Origin: Utricularia gibba
Taxonomy: Eukaryota > Plantae > Magnoliophyta
Direction of reading: 5' to 3'
Length of the DNA stretch: 64,000 nt
Assembly (NCBI GenBank): GCA_002189035.1
Contig: CM007989.1
Coordinates: forward strand, 2,542,001-2,606,000
Shown here: one piece after another, positions 40,181-54,000 of the stretch
Layout of the letters: every line of letters starts with the position of its first letter
Numbering within the stretch: position 1 is the first letter of the stretch
Translations under genes and position numbers: made by a program
The notes under the pieces: generated by a model
Told to the model about the DNA's origin: nothing
Seen by the model: only the letters and a program-made list of their open reading frames with translations
The model's database searches: none

Positions 40181-43007
40181 TCAACAAGCCATCTCGGGAG
40201 CTGCCCTTGCAACCGGTTTTTCAAAAATCTCCCATCCATCATCATCCTCTTTCTCCATTGCTTGCTCATCAGTAACCTGTGGTGATGAAGGAGAAGATGC
40301 AGCTACATTGTAGCAGACCTGGCTTGATGAGAGCAGTTTACTGAGCGGAACATTTTCATCAAGTTTCTCCTTCAGTTGCTTCGCGTCCTGATATACAACA
40401 GCAATTTCTCCTCTGGAATAACAGAAAAGCAGATGATGTATTGATGGTGAACGATTCTGAATGATTTTCATAAATATTTGATGGCTGTCAAGATCATGGT
40501 TGTTGCCAGAATTGAACTGTTGAATGATAGTAAAGAGCTTGTGGACTTACTGCAATGCATCAACTACATGGCCCCTGTCCAAAAGGAACTCATGCACCTG
40601 TATGACAACAGGAAAAGGAACGGTTTAAGCAATGACTTCAAAAGCAAATAGTGCTCTGAAGAGGTGAGTGAAACACAACGAACTAGTATCATCAAGCTCT
40701 ATGTCTGAGTAGAGATTGTTAAGGAGCACGAGGTACCTTAGCATTCTCTTTTGATAATTGCTCCAGCATCTTCATCTCTTCCGCCACTTTCTGCAAGGCC
40801 AACTCTTGTTCAGCACAGGTTTCCATTGCAACCTTTTCCTTTTCCTCCCTTTCCCGTGCTGCAGATATTATTTCGTTCTCAGCAGCAGCTAATCTTACTT
40901 GTAGATTATGGCTTATCTGCATGGAATATGAGCAGCAATAAGGATCAAGAGATGCAGTAATGTTCCCTTTCAGAAATACCATTTTCGGGAATATGCATTC
41001 CAGGCATACTGGAAGATGTAGCATTAAGTGCTTAAGCATTCGGCAAAACCTACAGGGAAATACTAATGTAAGGACGAGTTAGAAAAACTACCTCATTCAA
41101 GAGACTGAGAGTCTTATGCCTTTCATCTGACAGGGACAGCACACGAAGGTGAAGCTCTTTCATCTCAGTAGCCTGGATGGCCTTCTCACTGTAAACCTCC
41201 CCAGCATACTATGGAAGAGAACAAAAAACAAAAAATGTAGCAAGGTTCATGCTTTGATGAGAAGGCGCATAGCAGCAAATCAGTAGTCAAAAAACCACCA
41301 TGCATTTTTCCTCCTCGGCACGCTGCACCATGTGCTTATGCTCTTCAGCCCTTGCAAGAGCATCTGTAAGGACTACAGTAGCTGTGGACCTAGCTTCTTC
41401 AGCAGCTTTCTCTTCGAGTTCCACTTTCTCCATCATCATTCTAACCAATAGCATACCAACGGACACCTCTTTCTACAACATGGTGTGACAAAATCAAAAT
41501 GAAACTTGAGAAACAGTTTTAGATGAATTTAATGTAACAGCTAACTGACTAATAATTGGTAACATCACAGATGAAAAAGTTGATAAATCCGGTACCCTGT
41601 TATTTTTTGCATCATCAATGAGGTCCTCAATGACTTCGATTGTATGTTTCTGAGTGGACTGGGATAATGAGGAACTCATGCTTGATTCTCGACCAGTGCC
41701 AAAGGTACTGCTTGAAGACTCCAGTTCCACAACGGGTGCAGCTAATGCAGTTTCTTCAATCTTCATTCTTAGATTAGCATCAAGAGTCATTTGCTCAGAT
41801 GAGATCCCTGAGTTCTCACCTTCACCATTGCCATCTTGATGATTTTGCAGCTTCTGGTCTGGAATACTCTCAGGTGCCATTTCTTTGCTACCCTCCGGAA
41901 ATTTTTGTGGGGCAGCTTCGTCAATTTCAGTGTTTTCAAAAATTTTGAAACCAAGTGCATTCAAATAATCTGCATCAGTACTTTTTCCTTTTTCACGCAG
42001 AGCCTCCTTCACATTATGGTCATTCTGAACACCATTCAATGGAGCATTTGAATTTCCAGAATCATGATCAACACCTACACGAAGTAATAATAATCAAGCA
42101 ATAGACCCTAAATGAGAAAAATTAAATATAAACAGCAAACTGACGGAATATAAATGGAATAGGATTCAGTGTGCAATCAGTACCAAGGTAAACCACTGCA
42201 GGTGAAGGTATGAAGGTATCATTAGTTTTAGGCATGGAGCAGATCGCATCCGAGAGAAGTAAACCAAATAATTAAACATGCAAACTTGTCGGTGAGAAAA
42301 GCTTGTGGAATATAATTTTACAGCACAGTTCACCTTCAGACAACTTTCCAGCAGAAAGATCTAGAGGTAAAGCACTATATTCAGGCACATCTGGGGATAA
42401 AGTGATCACATCTGAAAGAAAAAAACATTAAGCAAAAACCAGCAATCAAACATGCATCCTTAGGCGGAAATAAAGCTATCACCTTGAGATGGCTTCTCAG
42501 GAAAAAAAGAGTTGGATGTACTCGCGACAGTGGAGACAGAAGCAGCGACATCTGAAATAACCAAACCAACAACGATGAATAAAACTCACACATGGAAAGG
42601 AATTGCATTAAAAAAACTAACCTTGAGATGACCCGCCAGCGGAAATCCCTTCAGCGGAATCAGAAAGATTACCATTAACGGAGGACAAAAAAGGGATAAC
42701 ATGAGAAAGCACAGCATCAACAGCATCACCAACGTCTTTATGCTCTAAAGCAACAGCTCTAAGAATTCGAGCATCAATCTGTTCCACATAAAACAATACA
42801 AAACCAACATTACACGGATAAAAAATCAAGCAAACCCTCAACGTTTTTACCCCTCTGAATAACAACACGTCGATATGAAGCACATGTATCAAAAAATTGG
42901 TGATCATCAGCGGAACGTGTTAATATTGATGTAGTAGAATGATGAAAACCATGTAATACCTGCGGGAAGATTTCCTTCAACGAAACGAATGCTTCTTTGA
43001 CTCCCAT
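40181..43007 (-). CDS. CUE-domain/coiled-coil plant protein of unknown function
   Basis: MGVKEAFVSLKEIFPQ|IDARILRAVALEH is a CUE-like N-terminus. Coiled-coil exons follow (MEKVELEEKAAEEAR; RLAAAENE...KVAEEMKMLEQ), and the protein ends in an acidic EDDDGWEIFE tail. Confidence 0.8.
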
Positions 43008-43204
43008 CTTCGGATGACACAGATAACAGATGATGGTCTTCTGAATTCTGTGACCTAAATCTACACCATAACTTGGCGATTAAGTCACAGATTGCAGTCC
43101 GATCACATGCTATTATATATTAATAAATTCGGCCCAAGCCCCATTGGGTCAATACTTATCTAGTTTGGGCCCGCCAGATATTCCGGCGCGCAAAACTGGG
43201 GAGG

Positions 43205-43366
43205 ATGGCCTTCCCAGTGGCGGCGACTGAGCACGCACTCAAGCCCTGGCTCATCGAAGCGAGGTCGCCGCTAGATGATGCCGGTCAAGAGGAAGCAGAT
43301 AGTAACGTTTCACCGGAGGACGGCGGTGAAGACGCCAAACAAGGTTTCAAATCCGCATCCTCCTGA
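43205..43366 (+). pseudogene. Degenerate OEP7 paralog (53 codons) in the PPR gene leader
   Basis: MAFPVAATEHALKPWLIEARSPLDDA...EDGGE aligns with MAFAWATIELAFKPWLTNARSAIDDA...DDGGE of the OEP7 gene at 45414. It is too short for the supplied ORF track. Confidence 0.8.
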
Positions 43367-43452
43367 GATCGGGGTTTATTTCTACTTATCCCATACCCCC
43401 AATTACTGGTTGCGGTTCGGGCATCGTGCTTCACTACTTGATCTGGTTCATT

Positions 43453-45091
43453 ATGTCTCTTGAGAAAAAGCTTCCTTTTTACTTGGCAAACTCCAGGTTT
43501 GTGCAACAAGATCTCTTCTTTATTCTGCACAATCATTGTCAGACGAGACGAAAGTTAACTCAGGTGCATTCCCGAATCGCGATTCATGGATTTACGAGAA
43601 AGAACTTTATTCTCGTGAAGTTACTAGCTCTGTATTCGGGCTTCAACAATGTTGATATTGCGCAGAAATTGTTCGACCAAGTTCCCAACCCAAGCTGTTC
43701 GTTATGGAATCAGATAATTAGGGGACATTCAGTGGCCGGAAATCCCAGGATATCTGTAGAACTGTTCAATAAAATGGGTCATTCTGGTGTGCATCCTGAT
43801 GGGTACACCTACACCTACGTTACTAACGGATGTACCAGAGGAGGTTTGCTGGAAGAAGGTGAGCAGGTTCATGGTAAGATTTTGAAGTGTGGGATTCGCT
43901 CCAACGTCTATGTATGTACCAGTTTGGTTGATTTTTATGTGAAAAATGGAGTGTTGGAGAAGGGGTCACGAGTGTTCGATGAAATGTCTGAGAAGAATGT
44001 AGTCACATGGAACACTCTGTTGTTGGGATTCTTCCGACAGGGTGATGTCGATGGAGCACGAAGATTCTTCCTCGATATGCCATCTAGAAGCATTGTTTCT
44101 TGGACAACAATGATCGCCGGGTGCGCACAGAATGGGAGGTCTCAGGAGGCATTGACCTTGTTTCGACAGATGCAACAGGAAGGCATGGAATTTGACCAAG
44201 TAGCATTAGTGGGTATTCTGTCAGCATGCTCGGATCTGGGCCATCTGACGTTGGGACGATGGATTCACTCTTACGTGATTCAAAACTTCACCCCAAGAAA
44301 CCAGCCGTTGCTTATCTCATTGCAAAACTCGCTGATACATATGTATGCCAGCTGTGGTGAAATCACTTCTGCCTTTGAAATTTTCATGGCCATGAGGCAG
44401 AGGACTACTGTATCCTGGACCAGTATGATCACTGGTTTCGCTAAGCATGGCTATGGCGATGAGGCTTTAGCCATGTTCCAATGGATGGGAAGCGCAGAGG
44501 AACGCACTATCAAACCTGATGAAATCACATTTCTAGGTGTTCTCTGTGCTTGCAGTCATTCTGGCTACGTCGAGAAGGGACGCCAGTACTTCCACAATAT
44601 GACACACGAATGGGGAATTCACCCCAAGATAGAGCATTTTGGCTGCATGGTCGATCTGTACAGTCGCGCTGGATTGCTAGATGAGGCACACGAGCTTGTG
44701 AAGTCCATGCCCATGAACCCCAACGATATAATTTGGGGGCGCTTCTGGTGGCTGCCGGATCCACCGGAGCGTTGAGTTGGCTTCCCATGTGGCTGATTGC
44801 CTACTCAAAGAAGTTGATCCCGACTGCAGCGCCGGGTACCTCGTGCTGCTCTCGAATGTGTATGCTGCCTCTATGAAGTGGCATGATGTCGTCGCTCTGC
44901 GGGAAAAGATGCTGTCGAGTGCAAACACGAGGAAGCCTCCCGGTCGAAGTTGGATTCACCTCGGAGAATCCGTATACGAGTTCGTGGCGGCTGACCGGAG
45001 GTCCGGTGAGACATCTCAAATATATCGGATCTTAGACGCTATTACAATGGAAACCAGGTATCTGGGCGATTGTAATCCGTACATAGATTGA
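43453..45091 (+). CDS. PLS-class PPR protein, E/E+ subgroup without DYW, intronless
   Basis: PLS repeats (NVVTWNTLL, IVSWTTMIAG, VSWTSMITGFAKHG, PDEITFLGVLCACSHSG, EHFGCMVDL). Restoring two G at ~44734-44746 gives WGALLGGCRIH and joins the E domain (LLSNVYA...PPGRSWI...FVAAD). Confidence 0.92.
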
Positions 45092-45413
45092 ATATTTATA
45101 TTTTTTTGAATGATAAAAAAAATCGTAAATCTTTTATATAATTTATTTATAATTTGAATAATTTGATTAATTATCATCATAATGTTTCAAAATTGTCAAA
45201 CTAGGATGGAATTAGAATTTCTTAAATATGGGATAATATAATAAAATGATTTATTATTTTGTTTTTTTTTTCATTTTATTGAAGAAATTAAACCGAGTGA
45301 TTTTGAAGTATTTGGCGGAAGATGGGTTAATTGTATCAGTGTGCTTGTGCGGGAAGGAAAGAGCTCGCATAAAATCTCCATTCTCCAGGGTTGGGTGATT
45401 ATAGGGAAAAAAG

Positions 45414-45620
45414 ATGACGGAATCCAGAAGCGCTGCTGTTAAATCTGCGGCCGTTGTAATCGGAGCGATGGCCTTCGCTTGGGCCACGATAGAGCTCGCG
45501 TTCAAGCCCTGGCTCACGAATGCCAGATCGGCGATCGACGATGCCGACCCAGACGACGTCCCCGCCGTTAATTCTTCGCGTGATGACGGTGGCGAGAAGG
45601 GTGGACAAGATCAGAAGTAG
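45414..45620 (+). CDS. OEP7: Chloroplast outer envelope membrane protein 7
   Basis: 68 aa, with an N-proximal TM segment AAVVIGAMAFAWATIELAFKPWL followed by an acidic DDADPDD tail. Confidence 0.9.
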   Translation: MTESRSAAVKSAAVVIGAMAFAWATIELAFKPWLTNARSAIDDADPDDVPAVNSSRDDGGEKGGQDQK

Positions 45621-46569
45621 CCGTCGTCCACCTAAAATCAGAGTTAGCTTCGATTTCTCTTGTACGCGTTATTACTGCTGGTTCATTGATCAAATTGGGG
45701 CTGGTTTCATGCTCCGATGTCAATTTAGGGAATAGTAGTACCTCAATTGTTCACCCTAAATCTGCTGGTGTTCGTTTATCTTTTGCATGCTATACTCAAA
45801 ACTTCGTTGCTTTCGCCGTTAGTTACACAATCGATCGTAAACTGCTCAGCGCATCAGTTCGTCGGCTTCACAGGACGTATACAATTTGAAAGAAGAAGAC
45901 GAATCTGGGCAGGGTTGAACCAGAGACAGCGTCAGCGGACAGCATTTGGGGAGATTACTCAGCTATGTGCTTGGCCTATTGCTCTATTCGGGCCTAAGGA
46001 ATTATGTTTTGGTGCCTTGATACTGCACACGCCTCGAACGTTCTTGACTGGACTTGCAGGCTTGGTTCTCTTTCGTCAACCTGCACTCCACTCCATGGCG
46101 TGACACCGCCACTTCATCATGCACAAGCATTTTCTCCCGGAACCGAAGAGATAACTGACTACCAAAATTTCAGTGTGGTGCAACAGGTTCTCCTGCCAGT
46201 GGTCTTCCGTTGCATAGTAATGAGGTTGCTGGAGACAGAATCTTACCTGACGGAGAGCAATGATTTTGGATGACCGGAAAATTTTGGCGCTCCCATCTCT
46301 TCTTCCCATTGAGGAAACATTGGGAACCGCGGCGCCTCTTTCGTTGTCTGTGCTTCCACTTTCGTCTATCGTTGATATTGGAATCTTGTTTCTCCTCCGG
46401 GGGCCGGCCATTTGCAGGATAATTAAAGCTGATCACAGATGGAATCGGATATGGATCAACGGTTCGGATTCATTCCTCTTCGACTTTACAGCAACGGACT
46501 CATCGTCTTTGCTGCAGCCCCAGGTTTGAAAATCTGCCGAGAGAGTATCGAAAACTGCTCTGGTGAACG

Positions 46570-47790
46570 ATGAGGTACATTCGGCTTTGGGCTCCTCGTT
46601 TATAATAATTCTGGCTTCTGGGAATTGGTTTTACCCGTAACATGCTCGCGTGTTTCAGGACCTTGCGGAAGCGGCGAAGGGGAAGTTGTTCCACCAAAGA
46701 ACTGGTTAGAAATTCCAACAACGCCCAGTTTGTTATGCCTACTTACTGTTTGATAATTTCCCTAACCGGGTTTCTATTGTGGGCCTTCTGATTCTCCTTT
46801 TTATTCCCTTGTTGAAGAAGTAGAAAAAGCTTGCAGCATGTTGCTAGGAAGTGCCTGATCTGGTCACTCTCTTCGTGGCCTTATCGTGTTAGGTTGCTGA
46901 TGAAATAGACTGCGCTCCAAGCTCCAAGTTCGAAAATGCTGAAGCTCCGGAAACAAAAAAGAAGAATCAAAATGGGGTTTCTCAGAAGGATGTGAGGAAG
47001 CTCCCATCCCAATCGCACAGGAAACTCAGCGGCTCATCCACTGGTGCCCAACACAGTTCGTCTTCGCTAAACAGGAACATTGAGGTTGAGCCTGCAGTTG
47101 GAAATGTAAGGTTTTCTGTCCCTTGTGAAGTTGTTTCTCAATCGAGGACGAAGATGAGGAGCTTTGGGGACATTCTGCATGCTCAGCCAGGTACGCACCC
47201 TGTGCGAGAAGCGAAGGAAGAAGGCGAGTTTGAAAATAAGCTCAGCCACCTTACCGCAGTAGTGAAGGAGCTCAAGTCCCTGATGGTACACTGCATTGTC
47301 CAACACTTTTCTTGAGTCACTATATTCATGTTGGCTAATCAGATTTTCAAACAGCTCAGACAAAAACCAAGTGATGCAGACATTGCTCAGACTCAGAGAA
47401 AGGTAGATGTACAACTGCCTGCTGTCAATTGCGAAGCGGTTCTCTCTCTGCTTGTCATTTCAGTAAACTTGTTTTCAACTTGACAGATTGAGGATCTGGA
47501 GAAGGCTAACAAGGAGCTGCATCAGAAACTGGAATGTGCTAAGGCGAAACTCGCTAAGGTAATTTCTCATTACTCAAACTGAAGTGCATCATGATTCTCA
47601 ACGAGAACGAACGCCCAGTCAACTGAGAGTGATATGGAAAGCATGAGGCATAAGTGTCGATAATCCTGACTAATGAACACTGTTAAAGAAGGTTGACGAC
47701 ACAGCATTTGTGGATTTGCAGTACAGGGAAGGCCTTCCAGGCATCCTACACTCAAAAGCTCGTAAGACTGAGGGAACAACAAGGAAATAA
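46570..47790 (+). CDS. Uncharacterised coiled-coil protein; exon structure partly uncertain and possibly degenerate
   Basis: Spliced reading MRTLRKRRRGSCSTKEL|VADEIDCAP..., then an exon IEDLEKANKELHQKLECAKAKLAK|YREG...; GT-AG ends. The phase of the exon at ~47342-47402 is not resolved. Confidence 0.45.
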
Positions 47791-48087
47791 TTCGAAAGAG
47801 ACAACAAAGGAACATCTTGGGCAGCACAAGTATTCAATTCACAAGCATTCTCCCGCACACCCAGTCAGTTGAGCACAAGGCCGGATGAGCACAAAGTGGA
47901 AGACCAGTAAATTAAGTTAAAGAGTTGGAACAAAAATGAATATCTAAGCATCTTCTTCATGTCAAATGTCATGAGAGTACCTCTATATCTATCTGAATAG
48001 CAGTAGATGTCTTCACCAAACCTCGAATGGTTGAGTGCAAACATTCACTGGACATAAATCACCATGTTGATTGATCTCAAGATTACC

Positions 48088-51000
48088 TCACAGGTTCTTC
48101 TTCTCTCTACTTGCTACAATCTGCTGCCTCTGTTTCTTCCTCCAACCTGGAAGTTTTCCAGGGAACGTCAATCTCATCAGCCGTTCCCACATGTAACACG
48201 CCACAAACATCAGGAATGCCGAGATCAACAGTCGGTTCCTCAGTTCTCCAGGAAGAGGAACCAGCTTGAGCCAGTCATTCAAATCCCTAAACAGATCGGA
48301 GGTTATGACTGTGAAAAAACCAACCGCTGCTAAAAGGGCATACAGGAACGGCTTGTTCTGAGTGATGCTCTGGTTGAAAGGATGACCCATGTAGTTCACC
48401 GCAAAGGTGGCCACCTGAAGCATCATCCCCACCATGTAAGAAACTGTATTCACAAGGTTGGGATGGAAATCCGAGTCTGGTTCAATGCATTCATCCGGCA
48501 TGTACTTTTCAGCCTGTTTCACTGATGATATCAAGAAGACTATGTGGACAGTAAACTGCCCCATGAGGGAGAGAAAGACATAAGAACAGAAGATATTAGG
48601 GTGGGGGCGCTCGGCTGAGAGGGTGGGAAGTGGGGATGCATGGGAGATGAAGAGGAAGAATGCAGCAGTGAACACGCCACTGATGGTGGCCTGAACATCG
48701 CCCAGCTTCACGCCATCCAAGTGCATCACACTCAGCACATAGGCGGTAGCAAGGCAGTTAAGGCCCAGGATCTTGAACATTTGCAGAGTTGTGACAAGGG
48801 TGCTGCGGCCCTGACGAATAATGTCGGTTGTAGGACAAACAGAAGCATGCTTTGCAGTGAAAGGTGATGCCATAGACGCATCGCCTAGCTTAACAACTGG
48901 AGCGGATCGGCCATCACCTTCTTCCTTCATTTCATCCATCATTTTCTGAAGTCTTTGTCGCTGCATCTCTGCAGCGGATAGATGACGGTTCACAGGCTGA
49001 CCACTTGTGGACTCAGACTTAGAAACAGCCCGACTTTTTGAAGGAGTATCTCCATCAGGACCCCCAGACTTGAGCTTTTTGGGTTTTCCAGACTTATCGG
49101 ACTCAGTTTTGGATGATGCTTGAGATGGCTTGTCCCTTTGCCCTGGAGGTACAGCATTTAGCAGAGCCACGCCAACATGTGCCTGTGATGAAAATTTGAA
49201 CACATACGGAGTCTTTCCCTTCATCGAGCTTCAAAAATCTAATTGGAATCAGAGGAAACTTCATATTTAAGATACAACTAAACACCTGCTTCAGAGCTCC
49301 GACATCGTTGGTGCCATCGCCACACATCAGAGCAATCCTTCCCACTGATTTAAATGCAGTAACAATGAGTTCCTTTTGCTCAGGTGCAACTCGAGCAAAC
49401 ACCTATGAACAATCATACGGTTGCAAATGATGAAACCAATGGCAAGAGAAACAGAACCATGGATGGAACAAAAGCAAAAATACCTTAACATATGGAACAA
49501 CTTTCAAGATAGATGAGTTTTGTAACAGCATATCAACACATTCACCTCCGATGCACAGGTCATGATCCTCAGATAGCAGCTCAACCTCATCCACCCTGTG
49601 AAATAATAATTGAGAAACCTACCAAGCAAGCCTATAAAACAGGAAAATTTACAGCTGGAGCAAAAGAAATCCTCACTTGTAGGTAACGGAATGGGTTTCA
49701 TCTGGGGATACCCACTCATATCCATCATTGTCTCTACCACGGCCTAGAATTAATGGTGGCTTTGAGATTATATTGACTTGCCCAGCAACATGACAAGCTG
49801 TCAAAGCTTGATCTCCAGTTATCATCACCTTAAAACCAGTACAAGGAGAAAAATGAAGCGAGTACCTAAAAATTTAGGTCCATTCGTTTATTATGTATAT
49901 GAGCGACTACTGCAATGACTCATCAGAGGACTTTTCTGGGCATCCATAGAAATGATGACATTGTTCTGGGCTTATAACAACACAACAGATATTTGAGCAT
50001 CAGATAACACTCACCAAGTCATGTGAGGATGCTTTCAATTCAGATAAAATTGCAGCTGAGTCCTCTCGAATGGGACAGTTGAACACCTGATGCATTCACA
50101 AAGGTTATCATTCATGATGGGCTTGGGTAATTACTACGTGCCATTCAAGCATAGCCATGCTTCAATTTTCTCAAAATTATCCACCTAGCATGCAAGATAC
50201 ACGACGCTATAAAGAGAACTTAGTACCGCAAAACCTGCAAACGCAAGATCATTCTCCACGGTGTCTCGCTCTAAGCTTCTTGCTTCGCTAACCTGAAATA
50301 GTGTGAGAAAAAACATGCTTGTACTTGAAAATTTTAAAAAATTCATGATAAAAAAGCAACTGGGAAAAGATGTGGCTTATACTGTCATGTCCGGAAGAGG
50401 CCTGAATGCCAAGGCCAATACTCTAGATCCTTGACGGGTGTGCTTCTTGTAAGTCCTTACAAACCATGCAGGCACATCAAGAAGCCTTTCCTGGATGGTT
50501 TCTGGCGCACCCTACAGTCTCAAAAGAAGAACACTTTAATTTTTCAAAACTTAATTATTATAAGCTTAACAGACATGAAATGCATTGGAATAAGACAAAT
50601 AATGTTTCAACAACATAAGACGGCCATTGCGTAACATCATGGAAGAAATCCCAAAAAGAAGATGTCAAGTTGATACCTTAACAAACGCAAAAAATTGCTC
50701 CTCAATGCGGACAACAACTGCCATTCTTTTCAAATGAGAAGCAAAATGGTGTCTTTGTATGATCTGGACAGAATTCATGCTCCCCCTGCATTTATTTTGT
50801 CCAAAGGAACATGAAAAGTTTAATACTTATCCTTGTAAACTCATTCAAACATGAATCGCAATCAACAGATCAACTTAGCGAGCATATGTACAATCATTAA
50901 GGAGATTGTTAATCGTATCAACTTACTTTTTTGGCATAGCCTTTTCATCTGACTTGTAGGCCCACCCTATTCCTTCAAGTGCAGCCTTTTCAAGAGGATC

Positions 51001-54000
51001 ACCGACCTAGTCAGGCAAAATGTCACATTTGGGAAAAAATGTCACCTTCAGGGTTGAATATACACGAATAAAAGATTGTGTTCAGGGGTTCATGATATAT
51101 AAAATCCATTTCTGATTATGAAATGTGACCATACTCTGATCCTGTAAATTATGCGAAGTATTTATATACCAGCTTGTTGTCCACAAAGACCAACGAATGG
51201 CAAGATGCAAGTATTTCTTGGCTTCGATCTGGCACATTAGATATTTCCTTCTCTACATCCTCACTGTCAGTCAAACCACCAATACCCGAAAATACCTAAG
51301 GAACATTGAAAATTTTCAACGGTTTACAATATAAAAAAGAAGTACAGATCAGTATAGAAAAACAAGAAAATGGATATACCATGTTATCAGATGTCAATGT
51401 CCCAGTCTTATCAAAACAGCATATATCAACCTGCAGAAACAATCAATCCAAAAAAGACAAATTGGAGACAAGCTTATGGATAAAGAAATAAAGATGGTTC
51501 ACATTAACGAATACACTCTAATCTAAAAAAAAAAAAAACAAGAAAACACCAGTAGATTGACTATAGCACCATTCTTAAGAGTTCATAAAAAATCAGAACA
51601 ATCCTATTTATCCAGATACAATCCATGATATTACAAGAAAAAAAAAATTCTAGCATTCACCTTCCCAGCAAAGGGGATTCTGAATGGTTCAGTACAATAC
51701 ACCCCACGCTTCGCCAATGCAATCAAAGATGTATTAACAGCTATAGACAATTCCATCGGAAGTTCAGGTGGGATCACAGATGTGATTATCAACGAGCAAC
51801 TCAGGAGCAGCTTATATCGACTCCTCGTTGGGTCTTCAAGTCCCTGTCCCAAAAAATCCATGACTTGAACAACTATCACAAAGCTTTCAAACGCGCATCA
51901 TACACTATTCATACACAATAAATAAGTTTACCTTAATCAGTACATAACCAGCTGCTATGAGAGCGAATACTACTAGGAACAAAATAAAGAGACCACTTTC
52001 CAAGTTATTTGCAGTGACCTAAAGACATGAAAATCAGAAGAAAAAAAAAGAGTAAAGACATGAAAATCAGAAGAAAAAAAAGAGTGAAATATACTAATGA
52101 ACATACTGCACAGCCACAGAAATAAAGAAAAATGCATCACCCTTTCGGTTGAAAATAATATTGTACGCATCAGCTTTCCTTGACTTGTCTCAAATCCAGT
52201 TCGTAGAACAACTGCCAGACATCCACCGTCTGGGGCTTTCAGGTGAAATGTCTGAGTTATGAAAAAGAATGAATAAAAGAATGTATGGGATTCACCCAAT
52301 TGGTTAATTCTGCGGTCAATAGATGTAAAAGAAAAGATAAATCAGATGACCTTGTCTGGTGAGTGCTGTAATATCTTGGTACCACCAAAAAGAACATGTG
52401 TTTTGTCTCTCCTAACTGATAAATTCTCTGTAGCTCCTCTACCAGTGATTGAAACCTAAACACGGATTGAGTGTTGAGAGAAGACATGAACAATTCATGC
52501 AAAATACATAAATCTTGTCCTGATGAATTCATTCCTTCTAAGGCATACAATTCCCTAGTAGATATTCAATGTCTACAACTCGTAATGCGTCTAATAGTCC
52601 TCATGCATGTGATCCAATTATAAGAATTTGCAATTAGAACAAAGAGATCAGATTCACGTGAATAAAAGCAAAAGGTTGTTTAAGGATAAAAGAAAACCTT
52701 CCACTGAGGTGTGGACTCCCCTGTTAAAATAGCTTCGTTCACAATTGCACTTCCTGCCAAAATAAGCATGTCAGCAGGTACGGATTTATCTTCTCCATCT
52801 GCACCAGCAGAGCGCCCAATAGACACCACATCTCCGGGAAGAAGCTCTGTGCCACATATTTTAACCCATCTAATGAAAAAAAGGTGAGCAAATCATAATT
52901 TTGGTAATGCAAAAGGAACCAAAATGCGAGATGAAGGGTAGGAATATCTTATTTCATGCATACTTGCCACAACGGTACACCATCAAGGTCTGACTATCCA
53001 CTTTTACTCGTCTAAGCTCACAAAGAGTCTTTAGGCGGCTTTTTGCCATTGTTGATTCGAACATGAACAGCATGAACAGAGTGAACAAGCTGTAGTACCA
53101 GTATTCATCCAAACACCACAGCCCAACACAGAAAACCTAAATTGAATGTCAAATCAGTCAAAAGAGCATCCACATAGATTTTTGTTTGAAAAAACGAAAT
53201 CATAGGGATATCAGTAGTTGAAAATATTATATACCTGAAATACAAAAAAGGGTTCGATGCATTGTTCCTTCAATAATTTATGGAAAGTAGGTTGAGGATA
53301 GTCAAATCTGAAATATCAGAGAATTAGATACAAAACAAACTCAAGCCTCACTTTAAGTACCGAAGGGTTTTCATTTGCACATAATCCACATATCATAATA
53401 GATTACATGAAATAAGGCATAGAGGGTAACGAATAACATAGGGAAAAATTATGTAATGACGAGTTCCAGCTTTGGAAAACACAAGAGCACAATAGGCAAG
53501 ACAGCAAACACTCCAGCAGACACGCTAGCAATTTGTATGATGGGGAAACGATGAGAGGCAAAAACGTTGAAACATTATTACCAAAAGGAGAAGCCATTTA
53601 GATGGTGTGATTAAAAACATGATTTGCTCGTTTTGTACTTGCCTTGTAAAATTATTATTATTAGAATTCGTACGTAATTACTATTATGATACTCTATTCC
53701 ATTATTAGCCTACACTAAAAGGAGAAGGGTGAGTTAAGGAGTTTCAAATCAAACCACATCTTTTGAAGCCAACACAGGGTGACAAAATTTATATTGTAGG
53801 TACTTACACATTCCTTCCCCATTTCTCAGTAGCTGTGGAAATCTTAGCCTCTGTCCCATACCCAGAGCTCTTGAGGTATGAGCCAAATGTTCCCTTGGAT
53901 GGATAAAGAAGTTTACAAAAAGTTTTTTTCTCATCAGAGTAGACAAACCGCTGCTTCCTGAAATCGAAGAAAATTTCTTCGGCATTCTGTGGCGAAGAAG

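Noticed and set aside
45747-46411. ORFs 45747-46103, 46004-46273 and 46076-46411
   Set aside because: They have no recognisable motifs; the region is better explained as the OEP7 3'UTR and the promoter of the next gene.
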